Source: Lytechinus pictus
Lineage: Eukaryota
Length of the DNA stretch: 64,000 nt
Direction of reading: 5' to 3'
Assembly: GCF_037042905.1 (NCBI RefSeq)
Contig: NC_087258.1
Coordinates: 806,001-870,000, forward strand
Position numbers and translations under genes: made by a program. The stretch's first letter is position 1. Every line of letters begins with the position of its first letter. Shown here one piece after another: positions 11,679 to 25,300 of this stretch. A model generated the notes under the pieces. That model saw nothing but the letters and a program-made list of their open reading frames with translations, was not told the DNA's origin and ran no database searches.

Positions 11679-14600
11679 TCATGGCATCCACCAATAAGGC
11701 AGAGCCCTGAACTTCTTTGTTCTATATTGCCTCCTGTTTCGGCTCTCCGTCGGTACCTCGTCATTTGGGTTTGCTAGGCATTCAACTAGCGTCTTGTCCA
11801 TCCAGCCTTTGCAAAGCATATCCTCATCATCAATTTGATATTCTGTGGTATCATCGACCTTCACACCAATTTTGTCCTTGATGGGAGATTCAGCGATTTG
11901 TTCCTTGTTACATCCCAGACCAAGACGGGATCGTCCTATCATATCTCCACCCTGTCCTGCATCCCCTTCGTGTTCACGCTGACGCAATGTCATTGAATTC
12001 AGAATCTCCCTATCAAGACTCTCTTCGATGCATTTCAGTTGGGACGAGAGGAAGCAACGAATGTCCACAAGACGAGAAGACCCTTCGGATAATTCCTTTA
12101 CATCTGGGGCCTTTAAATCAGAATTAGCTTGTAGAGAAACGATAGCGTCATCAGATACATTTTCTGGACTTGAAAGAAAAGAGTGCTGGAAAAACTCCAA
12201 TCCCTTGGCACTTGTCAGGTGCGGACTCGAAATAAGGGAATTCAGGGAGGCTTCGCCTGGCCCATCTTTCGTCTCGAAACAGTGTCCATCCCGTTCTTCC
12301 GGTAATGGAATATCTGCAGCGGAGTTGGTAAATGTCGGATCCTTGGTTGAAAGTTGCTGATGGGCGTGGCCATCTTCAACTGGGTTTGTTCCAGTTGTGA
12401 CAAAATTCTCTATAACATATCTTGCATTTTCGTTGTCAAACGTGGTACATGGCACGGTACTCCCTTCTTCATTCTGAACTCCAGAGATGTTGCCCCAAGG
12501 GTCCTTTTCCATCAGTACGGCCAAAGTGGAACTCTTCCCAACCGATTCACTTCTTGACAATGAACTGATTTTCAGATCTGGGAAAAGGTAGCATCCGTAG
12601 CTTGTGAGAAGCTCCTTATTCTCTATGAGCTTGTAATCGTCAGCCATGGCTGCAAGTGTTGGGTGAGATACCACCTGATGCAGATGATTCAGTTGCGCAA
12701 ACACGTGCAGCTTTTCGTGGAAACGTTTCAACAGCGTCTTGTCCATATCTGTTTCGGGAAATCCAATCGATGTGGTCACCTCAAAGTCTTCTGTGGAATC
12801 TTCGGATGAATCAGATGAATCACTGTTGGACGATTCAGAACATCCTTCCGAGGTGGTATCATATTGATGAAAACTTGGTGTATAGTTGTATGCAAGTTGC
12901 CGAAGTACATTCAGGTGACCAGTTAATTCTTCGGGAAGGGCATCATGTTCAATTTTAGTCACAGGAAGAAAGCTGTCTTTCCTGTGAAATAGGAGACAGG
13001 GGAGAGGGTGATAAACTTCCCGCATTCTGGAAAATTGAGATTGAACGAGACTTGTTAAACCCATCCCCCTCCCCCCCCCCAAAAAAAAAAAAAAGACTGG
13101 GAGGGGCTGATTCAGCCCCCACCCCCTCGCCATTTTTCGCGATAAATCCGCCGCACAAAATTTGTTGACCGCGTCTGAATTTTTACTTTCAAGTCTCACG
13201 CAACTTTTGAGACCAAAATTGCGACCCACGGTTACGCGGTTCCAAAACTACGCAACATTTCGTAAGTACATGCAGACCCAAAATGCTCAAAAACGTTAAT
13301 TCGCGTACAAATCCAATGCTCGAAATAGCCCAGTCTTTTTAGTAATAAATCATATCGATCAATCAAGTCTCATATGCTTTCATTTAATCAACAAAGTAAC
13401 AATTAAGTTTGACGGTTATTGTTTCGTGTTGTGTTTTGGGAGCTGGGCAGGCACTAAAGCAGTTCTTTATCATCGAATATTCAAACATTACATTTTATTG
13501 CGGGATCAGAATTCTGTGTTGCATCGAGTCGGGAATAACAAAGAGCAGTCACAATTATTACATGTATAGCTCACCCTGAATACAGATCCTTTAGCTGCTT
13601 CATCACATATTCAATCACATCACCATACGTCAATTTCCTGTCCGCAGTAAGCTCTGGCTCATCCTTCATCGCATCGATACATTCAACTTGCTTTTTTTCC
13701 AGACAATCTGTATTAGGATTGTCTTTGGGTGAAAGAGATAATTTTATGCCATATTCCTGGATGTCGTGTTTGGTGATGTCTTGCTTATTTTCCTCCTTCT
13801 CTGCATTCGGTATTTCTTCAACAACTTTTACTTCCTTCATCTCCTTTTCCAATGTTGGATCGGTCTGGACACATTCAATCACCATCTGTATTGGTTCCTC
13901 CGTAGCAATTTCTTCTACCTTCTTGGTCTCTCTTGAAGGTGTGGTTTCTTCTGGACACATCACTTCTGTGTTTCCTTGCAATATTCTAGAATCTCCTGCA
14001 TCGGCTGTTTTATTAGTAGCCTTCTCCTCACAACGACTGCAAACAATATCATCAGTCTCGAAGCAGTCAGGAATACACATCGACTCCATCCCAGTGAGCT
14101 CCAGGCAACTGTCGTCTTCGCTCGCTCCTGCATCCTGACAATTGTTGTTTTGGTTGTCGCTTTTAAATACTGCGTTGGAATCTGTCAAGACAATCTCATT
14201 AGCATTAGAATCGACAGGTATTCTGTCTTTCATGTTGACATTTCCATCATTGCCGGAATCTACCATCTCATCATGTTTTGACTCGATGTCAGAATGAAGG
14301 ATCGCAATACTTTCGCGGGGCGTAGACATCTCCTTCTGGTCATTCTGGTTCGCTTCCATAATATTTGATTCCTGTTTCACAAGCACAGCATTCTGTTCTT
14401 GACTTTCTTTGTGTCTATATTTGCCCTGTTCTTTTATCCTCTTTCTTTTCAACGGTATCCTTTTACGAATAACACTATTGGTGTCGTTATCTTGAACCAA
14501 TTTTCTGGTAGATTCTATGTTTGTGCTCTTTTCACCACTGTCTAAGGCAGCCTTCTCATCGACAACGTGTTTCTCTGCAATCTGTTTTCCAGCTACAACA

Positions 14601-15550
14601 CTCTGGGATAACAAATTGATATTCACCAGCGCATCCAAATCTGTGGTTTCTTGGCCGCTTTCTGTGGTTTCCCGCATGTCTAAAGCACCCTGAAGGACTT
14701 CGTTGGCCTGGATATTGAAGTGATTTTCATGGGGATTGACATCGACTTCTCCTCCCGTTGGCTCAGCAGAAAGGAACATATGAGGGTCTTTAAAGCCAAT
14801 ATCTGAAGGAACGCCTGTGTATGATCCATTATCCAGATAACTGTTATTTGCTAGAACATCTGCTACAGGGTACCCATGGTCGACAACGTTCATTTGTGTA
14901 ACACCACCTTGCTCTACAGATGGGTCAAACAACGATGGGATTCTAGGATTGTTCATGATCATTGCATTTAGGGCCTGCATAACGTCTTCAGTAACGTCGT
15001 ACCCATTCGATTCATAGAAAGACTGGACATTAGCATAATGTTGCACTGGGGGAGATTGAATCGGGGCAACAGTTTCTTCATCAGCCTTCTGTAGGTCTGG
15101 AAACGTCTGGTCATACTCTTCGAAAGAATCAAACTTCCTTACAGTTGTGGTTGTGTCTTTTGTGGTCACATTTTCCCCGGCAGCAGCGCTTCTACAAGGT
15201 AGATTTGTCGTATCTTTCTTAGCCGGTGTCGTGGGAGGTATTGCAGATCGACCAATCTGGACATTCTTCAAGAGGACTCTTTTCTGCATCTCTGTGGACT
15301 CTGCTTTTTTCTTCGTAGCTTCTCTCCAATTCGTAGATGTTACCGGTTTCCTCCCTGCCGAGGGTGGATTACTTTGTTTGAGTGGACGTCGTGTTCCTGC
15401 AGACCCAACGGCCTTTATCCTTTTGGGGGCTACAGGTTTTTGGTCCATTTTAATCTTGTCTCTAGTCTTCTTGTTTTTGGAGACAGTTTCCCAAGCTCCA
15501 TCATCGTCGATGTCGTAGTCGCAATTGTTGGCCTCGTTCATTTTGAGCAT
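11679..15550 (-). CDS. Uncharacterised, largely acidic/disordered protein of about 1092 aa (two coding exons)
   Basis: Exon 15550-13575 has an acceptor at 15553 immediately before CC-ATG and donor GG|GTGAG. It joins in frame (phase 2) to exon 12981-11679 via acceptor CTATTTCACAG. These are two long stop-free ORFs in AT-rich DNA. No domain was recognised. Confidence 0.7.
13055..13320. mobile_element. DNA-transposon/MITE fragment inside the intron
   Basis: GC-rich palindromic GGGGCTGATTCAGCCCC block with homopolymer runs, lying between the splice sites. Confidence 0.4.
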
Positions 15551-17022
15551 GGCTGCAATAAAATAGTAATACATTTCTTAGCAAACATCCAATATATATG
15601 AAAAGACATCCAACATAATTTTTTTAAGTGTATCATAATACAATTGTGAGGCTAATCATATGGCAGACACATTCAACTACGGAAGCAGAAAAAAGTAACA
15701 GATACGTATAGATTGGGAGACACGCCCCGCAATGCAATTTCCCCCATCGACTTTGTGCAACAGTCTGAGGTGAAGGGTCGTTCCCCTATCCCCTAGATGG
15801 ACTAAATATAACAAGAAATCGCCGCCTATATAGAAAGGTGATGTCATGACATACATGTAACTTTACGCTTGACCGTCTTTTTAGATATTTTACGTTACAC
15901 GCAACATTTCGCAAACCATGCCAATGAAGCCGTAGTAAGAGAAAATATGAAACCACAAAAAGATAGCTCAGTCCACGTTTAATATTCCTATCCTGCAAGT
16001 CTATAATTCAGGTTGTGAGATAACACAAGATCCACCTTGAAAGTGCTAGCATGAATACAAGCTATTTTTATTTAAAAGGGGCGAGAAGGGGGTTAATTCG
16101 CGGGGGATTTAAGATGGGCATCTTTTGACACTAAGGGAAAGTATATGATAGTTTAAGGGATGAATTTAAAACCAATAAGTGGAAATTCCCTTCTCCATAT
16201 TGGATACTGAATTTTCGTTTCGTTTGCACAAAGCCTTCTTGTCAAATCGCGATCATACTCTGTGAACTTCTCAAAAATTAATAAACCATCACAAAGTGTA
16301 AACATATTTTATCGAGCTGATACAAGCTATTTGTAAGAGGTACAGGTCACTGACTTTAAGGATACGTTTCTGACGAAACAATTGCTCCGTATGAGCTCTA
16401 AAGAACGTATTGCATATTATTCTCGGTACTTTGTTTCTGAAGTAGCAAGACTTTGTTTGAGTCTCGTTTGAGAGGCATTTCCCCATGCAATATCTCAGCG
16501 AAATTTGAAAGAAATATATGATTTTCTTGGAAAACACCTCGGGCAGTCGTTTTCAGATTGAACCAAGAAATGGTACCCCATGTCTGCGCACCCATTCACT
16601 TTGCATGCAATTCGGGGATTTTGGTGAAAAGGCTGCATTTTGAGGCCGTCACATGAAATGCCCCAAATTCATTATTTTTCCACCATTTTGAGTCGGATTT
16701 TTTCACGAATATCTTTCTTCAATGTATCGCATCTGTCAAGTCTGTGGTCGTCGCGTATCGTGTTTTACTAGAATCGCGCAGATACGGGGAATTGCGTAGA
16801 CTTGGGGGAACTTGCCATAAATCTTCCCGACTAAAATCTTCTTCTTCAGAAATTGACCCTAAATGTATACCTCTTAACTTTGACATTTTATGTTGCATCG
16901 ATTCGTGCGTTTCACATAATTTTCTGTGTAATTTAAGGGATTGCTCGCCATCATTACTTGAAGTCAACACCTGATCACAGTATTTCTCCTTCAAAATTAT
17001 TTCGAACCTCAATAATAATACC

Positions 17023-17254
17023 CATTGGCGGCGGAAGTCAAAAAATTTAGGGGGGACGACCAAAAAATTTTGACAAGCCAAAACAAAAAAAAGGTTATCA
17101 ACCAAAATTTTAGGGGGGACCGACAACATTTATTGACAAGCAACAACAACAAAAAAAATTCTCAGCAAACAATTTAGGGGGGATCGTCCCTCCCACCTCA
17201 AATTTAGGGGGGACAGGTCCCCCCGTCCCCCCCCCCCCCCCCCCGCCGCCTATG
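17023..17254. mobile_element. hAT-like MITE with internal tandem repeats
   Basis: TIR CATTGGCGGCGG...CCGCCGCCTATG and a repeated AAATTTAGGGGGGA unit. Confidence 0.6.
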
Positions 17255-17612
17255 AAACACCACACCTATTCTCGGATCTTTTTAGTTCAAGATCTAATAT
17301 GGATTTATTCATTCTCATATTTCCCGACGCCTGGGATTCTACGTTCAGTCCAAAAAATAATAATAATGATATAACGTTATATCTAAAGCTACTTCTTGAA
17401 TTCTAAATAGCGGCCCGCGCTAGCTATCTAAGAAAGACCAACAGATCTAGATCTAAGTTAGACTTAGATGGTGGCGCGTGTATTATGAAATGCACGAGGG
17501 TTAGATCTACGCTTGAGGTAGGCCCTGTCACAAAAATTGCATGTTTTTAATAGATCAACACAGGTAGGGCCTACATTATTATTATTCTTTTATCAAATCC
17601 ATATCCCAAGGG

Positions 17613-18247
17613 TATGGTTGGAACTACCCCTTATCGACCACCTAATCTTCTAAGCATCATATCTGCGAAAATATTCATCAATTTTACCCAGTTTTCGTCT
17701 CATTTGTGCAGAAAATTGAGCAGATCAGATTCCCATGTTTCGCTCGGCGACTCCGATTCAATTTGCGTATATATCGACGATCAACGAATGCGACGATTTT
17801 CCATTTGCTCATTTGCACCCGTCTTTTGAAACCGACCACCCGCGGTACACTAAGTTTACGGCCGATTCTTGTCGCGGTGGCGAAATATTTTTACTCTTTC
17901 AAATCAGTTCTATGACGTCAACATGCTAAATGATCGCCTCACTACTTCCACTGCGAGCTCCGACGCATGATTCGACGATTGACGACGGATATTTGTTCTA
18001 AAGCCGTTTCCTATCGGATTTCTTGGTTTTTCAGCGGGTTTTGGGTTTGGTCAATACAATTTTGATTAATTCTACTAAATCTTTACTGTTTGTTGCTTCT
18101 TTTTTTCTCGTAAAATCGATTCTTACCGTTTCTATGGACACTGCGCCTACTCTCCCGCGCGTATCGTTTGTAATACGCAATAATTTTAACGCGCGCAAGG
18201 TGGTCGGTTTCAAAAGAGGTGGTCGATATGTGGTGGTCTTACCATAT
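17613..18247. mobile_element. Degenerate foldback / non-autonomous DNA transposon
   Basis: Perfect inverted pair TCTTTTGAAACCGACCACC (17822-17840) / GGTGGTCGGTTTCAAAAGA (18199-18217), plus an outer pair TATCGACCACCT / AGGTGGTCGATA. Confidence 0.5.
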
Positions 18248-18547
18248 AGGCCTACACTGCAGTAAATCTAATTAAGGCTCAGAACTTATAATTAGGATCT
18301 AACGTTAGATCGGGCAGCAAGAGGTGATCGGAAAAGACGGCGGGATTTTCGTTTTGAATTTTGTGCCATTTCTTTCTTCGGTTAATATGATATCTGAATT
18401 GGAATAGATCTAATTAGGCCTAGAGTCTACTAAAAAAAGAGATTGTCAGTCTTTCCAAACATTCAATTTGTCATAACTTTGATCGTTTGTGAAGTTTGAG
18501 CGATAACACCCCTCCCCCCCCCCCCCCATTCCCACGTTCTGGCGACG

Positions 18548-18812
18548 CACACTGGGCGATTTCAAGGTCAGTGCTTGACCTTTTGGTGTTGGTGTTAGCC
18601 TAGGTCAATTTTAACACGAGTATAACACCAAACGTAAAATGAAGATGGTCCTGAAAAGTCACTCAATACATGTAGGCCTACCGGTAGTTGTTGAAATGTC
18701 AATAGTGTGATCTAAACCAGTTTTACAAACTCGGAATAAGTTTTTGGAGCTAGAGGAAGCAATCCAAATTCCAACACCAATGCCAACACCGTACTTGAAA
18801 TCACCCACTGTG
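18548..18812. mobile_element. Short MITE
   Basis: Inverted ends CACACTGGGCGATTTCAAG / CTTGAAATCACCCACTGTG, with GGTGTTGG / CCAACACC inside. Confidence 0.5.
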
Positions 18813-20617
18813 TAAGATGCTACTTACTTCGTTTGGGCGAAAATTTCACTGAAAATGCGTCGATTTTCCGTGAATATCTTGTTTTCAAATGTATTCCTCC
18901 TTTCCATTCATGAAGATTGTTTTCTCCTTATTTCAGACTGCAAGGTATTCATCGAAAAGAAGATTCTCCGAACATTGAACAGTGCACATGCACGTCATGT
19001 CAAAGCAGTATAGTGGGAGTCTTATTTATTGCGCGCCAAATGTTGCACTAGCAACGCTCGGACGCGCATGCGCGTTACCATAGCCTATTGTTACGTATTC
19101 TAGGGAACCCTCTCAGCAATCACAAAAAATAGGGTGAAGTGGGTAAATATTAGAGACAACCACCCCCGGCCCCACCCACACACACATTTTCTCCTCCCTT
19201 TCTCTCGCTCTCTTTATCTTCCTAACTATCTTTAATTGTTCTTCTCGAGCGTTATCCCCAGATTAAAATAAAAAGAAACTACATTGGAATGGCCGATTAA
19301 ATTGAATCTCATTCACCTTTTTTTCTCACCTTACTTATTTCTTCACTTTCACTTTCACGTGTCGATCTTACATTCTAATTCTTTCACTGGAAAAAATGAC
19401 CATTTGGTGACAAATTGAAATAATAGAAAATACTTTGATTTACATTTCAATTTATTATTTCAAGGATAACATCACAAAGTTCCTTCTATATCAAAAATAA
19501 TCTCAGTGAATTCACGATACTTGAAAAACCCCTTTTCGTATATAGAGTATCATTTTGGCACATAAATTTATACAGAAGAATATACTTTCAAAAAAATAGA
19601 ACAGGCCAAACTCAAATATAAACTGGATAACATGCAATGGGACACTGTCTTTCAATTTTGAAACTCATTTAATCTCAATCGCAACTTTTCGTCAGATGTT
19701 GTACGATACCAAGCGTCTATCCGCAAAGGCCATTCTTCATTATGTCAGGAAATGACCTTCATTACGTTGCAACCCTTTGATTATGTTCTACGATCTCAAA
19801 ATATTCATTGAACCGCAACCGCCTAAAACACATTTGAAATGAATAGATATAGCGAGACTAACAATTTTCCAATGGGGGTCATCACACCCCTTGCTCGACA
19901 TTCGTGAATCCGAACTTTTCACATCTACTACGGAGACGCTCTCTACAACGCACATATTCGTTTTAAAATGCAAATCAACGTCCAGATAAAATACCCTCAC
20001 ATTAAAGAACGTGCAATAATTGTAATTCAGGAAGGGTTGGGGATGAGTATCACACGATAATAGAATGTAATGTACACACAACTGAAAGGGTGGTGTTTTT
20101 TGACAAAATAGCTGAAATGTATAAACAGTTTAAGAACGATGAAGACAAATTTATATTCATAATGAAACTTGATAATGAAAACATAATTGATAATTTGTGT
20201 AAGTTCTTCAAAGCGATTATAAATAAGAGGGTGAGTTTTAACGTCAATTACATTTTTTCTTTTTAAATTTCATTCAAAATATCTAAAATCCACCAAAGCC
20301 ACCATTACCAAAGATATATCTTTAGCGTTATACATTTATTTACTTCCTGATTTGTATTCGATAATTAGATAACTTATGTATATTGCATTATGCTACACCT
20401 TCTTTATGTTAAATTTCAATTCGTCATTTCTCTTTGTATATATAGATGTATATCTTTATAATAATTGGAAATATATGTATTGATGTATTACTGATTTATA
20501 CGACATACATGTACAGTTATGAATGTTTTTGTTTATGTTATCATTGTATATATGTTAAAACAAAATATTCATGCCATATGAATGAAGTTTGTTAATAAAT
20601 TCAAATCACAATGGAGC

Positions 20618-20762
20618 GCTGAGAGGTTTTTGTCGAAAGTTGGTGGACCAGTGCATCGAAATCTCTTGACTTTGGACGAAATATTTGCAATTTTTGGTCT
20701 GGTGCGAATCTTCGGATGATCTGCTGCCCCTATCTACCAACTTTCGACAAAAGCCTGTCAGC
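20618..20762. repeat. Short foldback, probably a MITE, in the presumed 3' region of the mucin gene
   Basis: GCTGAGAGGTTTTTGTCGAAAGTTGGT ... ACCAACTTTCGACAAAAGCCTGTCAGC. Confidence 0.5.
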
Positions 20763-22360
20763 TTTCCATTGTAATTTAAAGTGCATTGTCAAAGGAATCG
20801 ATGGGTTGTAGAGAGTGTCTCCGTAGTAAATGCGAAATCTCCTTATTGGCGTACGAACATCCGACGCTGTAACATGCCGTATGATCCGGTAACATGATCT
20901 GGGTGAAATACTTTCAGATTGCAACGAAATTTTAATCCGTTATTCCACAAGCGGTATCCTGGGTACATTCACTGGGTGAATCGTGTCCCCTTCAAAGATA
21001 CGTCTGCGGTAATGAGTCCAGCTGAGTAGTAGAAAATAACAACAAAAATACAAAAACTAAAGAGAACAGACCACACAGATGATGTCCTTTTACGGATCCA
21101 TAACACTAACAATTTATTAACATTTTCTCTTTTTTCGACTCATTAAGAGGCATGTGTACAGGTTTCGTGTGACCATAACTAACTTTCGACTCCAGCAAAT
21201 GAAATTAAGAGCTTTGTGGTGCACATCATTTAATGAATTATCGCTGGCTGCATGTAATATTGCAAGGTAAGCGCTACAGAGGGGTAGAGGCAACAACCCC
21301 TTTAGGTTTTCAAGTAGTGATAAAAAAATGAGACACAATTCAATTCAAGGTTTATTAAAAACATGATGGATGACAATTAAAAAAGAGGTCTTAGTCGTGT
21401 AGATTCATTATCCGTTATTCTATATGAGACGGGACAAAATGGCGTGGCATTAGGGTTTCTTCGCAATCCCCTAACCAAATACACTGGCGCCATCTTTGGA
21501 TAAGTGTACAAAAACGTCAAATATTAAATAGTAATTGTGAATGGCAATGATGCTAAAAAGACTAGCTAGTTATTGTCGCAAATAATTACTTGTCCTTAAT
21601 GATATTGTTCAGCTTCCGTATTTGGTTAAAACCTGCTAATTGAAAACTCCCAAGATGATACCTTAAAAAAAAAACATCCTTGATAGCAAGATTTTTTTTC
21701 AAATATGAAAGGGGTTCTTCATTAATCCGAGCATTTGTGGCATTTCAAAGGTTCGGTAATCCGGAAGTAAAATGAGGACTGTTATTTCGAGAAGTTTTTA
21801 ATCCGAAAATGCAATGAATTTTTTTTTCTTATTTTCTGAAGGCTCAGTATATTCTTAAAATTAAACGTGATTCGAAACCGTTAGTACAAAACATTTAATG
21901 AACTACACGAGCTTTACTTCCTTGCGGTCTATCTGGGGAGCATTAATTTTGAAATTCATGAAAGAGCATGTCAGAATTTTTATCTCGCAAGTTCTGTCTT
22001 ATCTGATAGTTCTAATAGTAACAGTGCTTCTCAGCCAATCAAAACCAAGAAAAGTTGTCAGATCTAACAACAAAAAATATATATATTTTTAAATCGATAA
22101 AATGTTCCCCAAACACAAAATATGTGTATTTCTGTAGGCCTATTGGACGTAGGAACCTTCGAAAAACGAAACCTTATTTCATTTTCGGAATATCAAACCG
22201 TCGGATTATCGAACCTTCAACAGTTCAAAGTATTCGAACCTCCGGAATTTAGAATCTTTTGGAATCAATAACACGCCGTAAACCGTGTAACGGACCAGTC
22301 CATAAAACTTATATGAAACCTATTCTCCCATTTTTGCATTAAAATTTCGAATTAACTTAC

Positions 22361-25300
22361 AAATTCTTCTGTTGGCTGTTCTGCAGATCGCCTTCTTTGG
22401 TTTAAGGGAATCGTCGGAGCTTCGGGAATATACATTAGCGAATAATCAATTCTGGCGCCAAGTGAATCCTAAAATGGATGAAAATTGTAATATTTAACAT
22501 AGATACGATATGGACAAAGCATATTTATTCGTTACTATATCGCATTTCATTATTCTTTGAGAAATAGTTCGAATGCCGACAAATGATACAACCACAATCA
22601 AAACGGAAGATACTAGATAAGAAGACGCACTCTAAAATTACGAGAAAATCATTCAAAGGGTATCTTCGTGCTCATTCAGTAATTATTTCTGTTTTCCTCA
22701 GCGCTCCATGCAAGTCTTCCTTTTTATCATTGGTGAATGCTCTTAAGCTTGAACCCGTTTTATGAAAGGAGATATAAACACATGCTTGTTTGATGTTCTT
22801 TCCGATTAAAATGACGAACCATCGTGCTGGAAATATATACAAGGGACTGTTAAAGTAATTATTAATATTTAATAATGGATTATGAAAAAATTTGATTAGT
22901 CAAACTAGAATGTAAATAAATTTGAAAAATTTGATGAATAAAGGAATGAAAAAGATAAATTAACAAATAAATGAAATAGATTTAAAGAAGAGGCGGAGAT
23001 TGACTAAATGTATGGAAAAATATGGTCATGCAAAGATTAAACTTAAGGGCCTTATGTAATGTCAATACCAATAATGATCATGCGAACATTTCATTTAAGT
23101 TTTGTATTTGTATTTATTTAGACAAGTAAAACATACAAAGTAAAACATGTCAAAAAGGTTTGAAAAACCCGTACAAGTCCAAGTCAAGGTCAAGTCCACC
23201 CCAGAAAAACGTTGACTTGAATAAAAAGAGAAATTCAAACTAGCATAGTGCTGAAAATCTCATCAAAATCGGATGTAAAATAAGAAAGTTATGACATTTT
23301 ATAGTTTCGCTTATTTTTCACAAAACAGCGATATGCACAACTAGGTGAGTCAGTCGATGATGTCCATCACTCACTATGCCTATATCTTTTGTTTTTTTAT
23401 TGTTTATATTTCATTTTTTATAGCTTTGACAATAAGAACCAACTTGACTGAAACATATAGTATTAAACAATGCTTATTCCACATGTTCAGGTAGGAATTA
23501 ATCGTTGTATCACTTGACAATGAGGAGAAAATTAGAATATTTCATATTTCATATAATAAAATACAAAAGAAATAGTGAGTGGATGGCGTCATTGTCTCCT
23601 CATTTGCATACCAGCCAGGATGTGCATGTAACTCTTTTGTGATATTAAGCGAAACTTTAAAATGTCATCACTTTCTTATTTTACATCCGATTTTCATGAA
23701 ATTTTCAGTGTTATGCTTGTTGGATTTTTCTCTTTTTATGCAAATCAACTTTTTGTTGGGGTGGACTTGTCCTTTAAAGACTTCAATGTTTATTTTTCAC
23801 AGAAATGCATGACCATTCACAATCAATTTGGAAAAAAAAGAGAGAAGAAATAACACAAGGGAAAATCTTAGGATATAAATAATTTCCATGAACATATTGA
23901 ACTTACATTCAATGGAGCAGAGTGTTTCAGAAATCGACCAATATTGTCCATCCTCGCTTGCAATTCTGTGTCCATCTCCTTCGATACGAGAACCTCCTCG
24001 CATTCATACGGCCGGATACCCGTCCGAATGACCCCAGAGTCCGTTTGAGATCGAGGAGATTCGGTCATTTCTTCTTCATGATGGACCTCAACCAAAGATG
24101 CTTCTGAAGACGAATAAAAAGTAACCAATAATGAAACGTAGTTGATGACGATTTAATTTGAATACTGCATCAATCTGTAACAGCAGCCATTGGAGTACGT
24201 ATACGGGAATTTTGCATCGGCTAATATTTCTTTTTATTGTAATCAATAACTACATGCATTTTCTTCCATACATTTTCGTTTTGGGGTGTCTATTTGTTTT
24301 AGGGGATTCGCTTTTGAGGAAATACATGTTTAGATGACGTAATTTTCATACTTCACACCTTACGATTACCTTCATTTTCTATGTATGCGTAATTCGAAGT
24401 CCATTAGTCAAAACAGATCTTTTATTATTTATCTTTTTTTTCTGTATAGATATTAGATTAACAAGATGAATAGGAACAATATAATATGCATATACTTCAT
24501 TAGCCATTCATTTTTTTTATGATATTTACATTGTTTTATTATATGATCATTCGATTGTAAAATGTAAATTATTGTTCGTGTTTCTCATAATGATGACCCA
24601 CCTCTTTTCTCCAGGGTGCTATGACGACTAATGTAAGAAATACCTTCCACGTCGTTCGTCTTGCGATAACCGTATCCTAGCAACGTGGTAGACCCCGCCT
24701 CTGAGTGTCCAGCGGTGTAATCTTCAGATCGCCTTCCTCTCATCCTTCTCCCCATCGTGCATAGGGCGAGGAGAACGATGAAGATGATGATGACGATGGT
24801 TCCAAGGATGATAACGACTTTGACCCAAGTTGCTTTGAAAATGAGAGAACAAATAAAGGGATTAAAGGGAAAGAGCCTAGTCGATCTGGCGCTGCACAAT
24901 AAAATAAATATGGATTTTCAAACAAAGATGTACTCATAACTGAATACAAAAGCCTTAAAGAGAGGGGGGGGGTAGGTCTACCTAGGATGGCAATGAAAGT
25001 CCAAATTTAGTTCTGATAAATCGTAACACTATGGATTGCAGTGTTTGCATTCATGATATGATGAGAAAAGTGAAAACATTATTGAGAGAAGGCACGACAT
25101 CACAATTAACGTGACAAATTCGTGTAAAACTTTTCTTTTTTTTATTACCGACATATTGATTACTATGGGGACCCGAGACGTGCTTCCGGAAATGGCGGTG
25201 ACCTCATTAATAAAGACGCCCCCCCCCCCCTCTATATTTCTCTACGATAAGTGCATCTGATGTATTGATGGAACCTCAATTAATAAAAACAATGCAAAAA

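Noticed and set aside
12982-13229. N-terminal part of the 516-aa ORF
   Set aside because: Intron plus MITE fragment with homopolymer runs. A good in-frame acceptor lies at 12982.
16719-17129. 136-aa ORF as an upstream exon of the orphan gene
   Set aside because: It starts within a MITE, ends in a stop, and has no usable donor. Probably a repeat remnant.
20730-21500. Terminal exon of the mucin gene (candidates near 21493 and 21021)
   Set aside because: Acceptor strength and phase are ambiguous, so it was not called.
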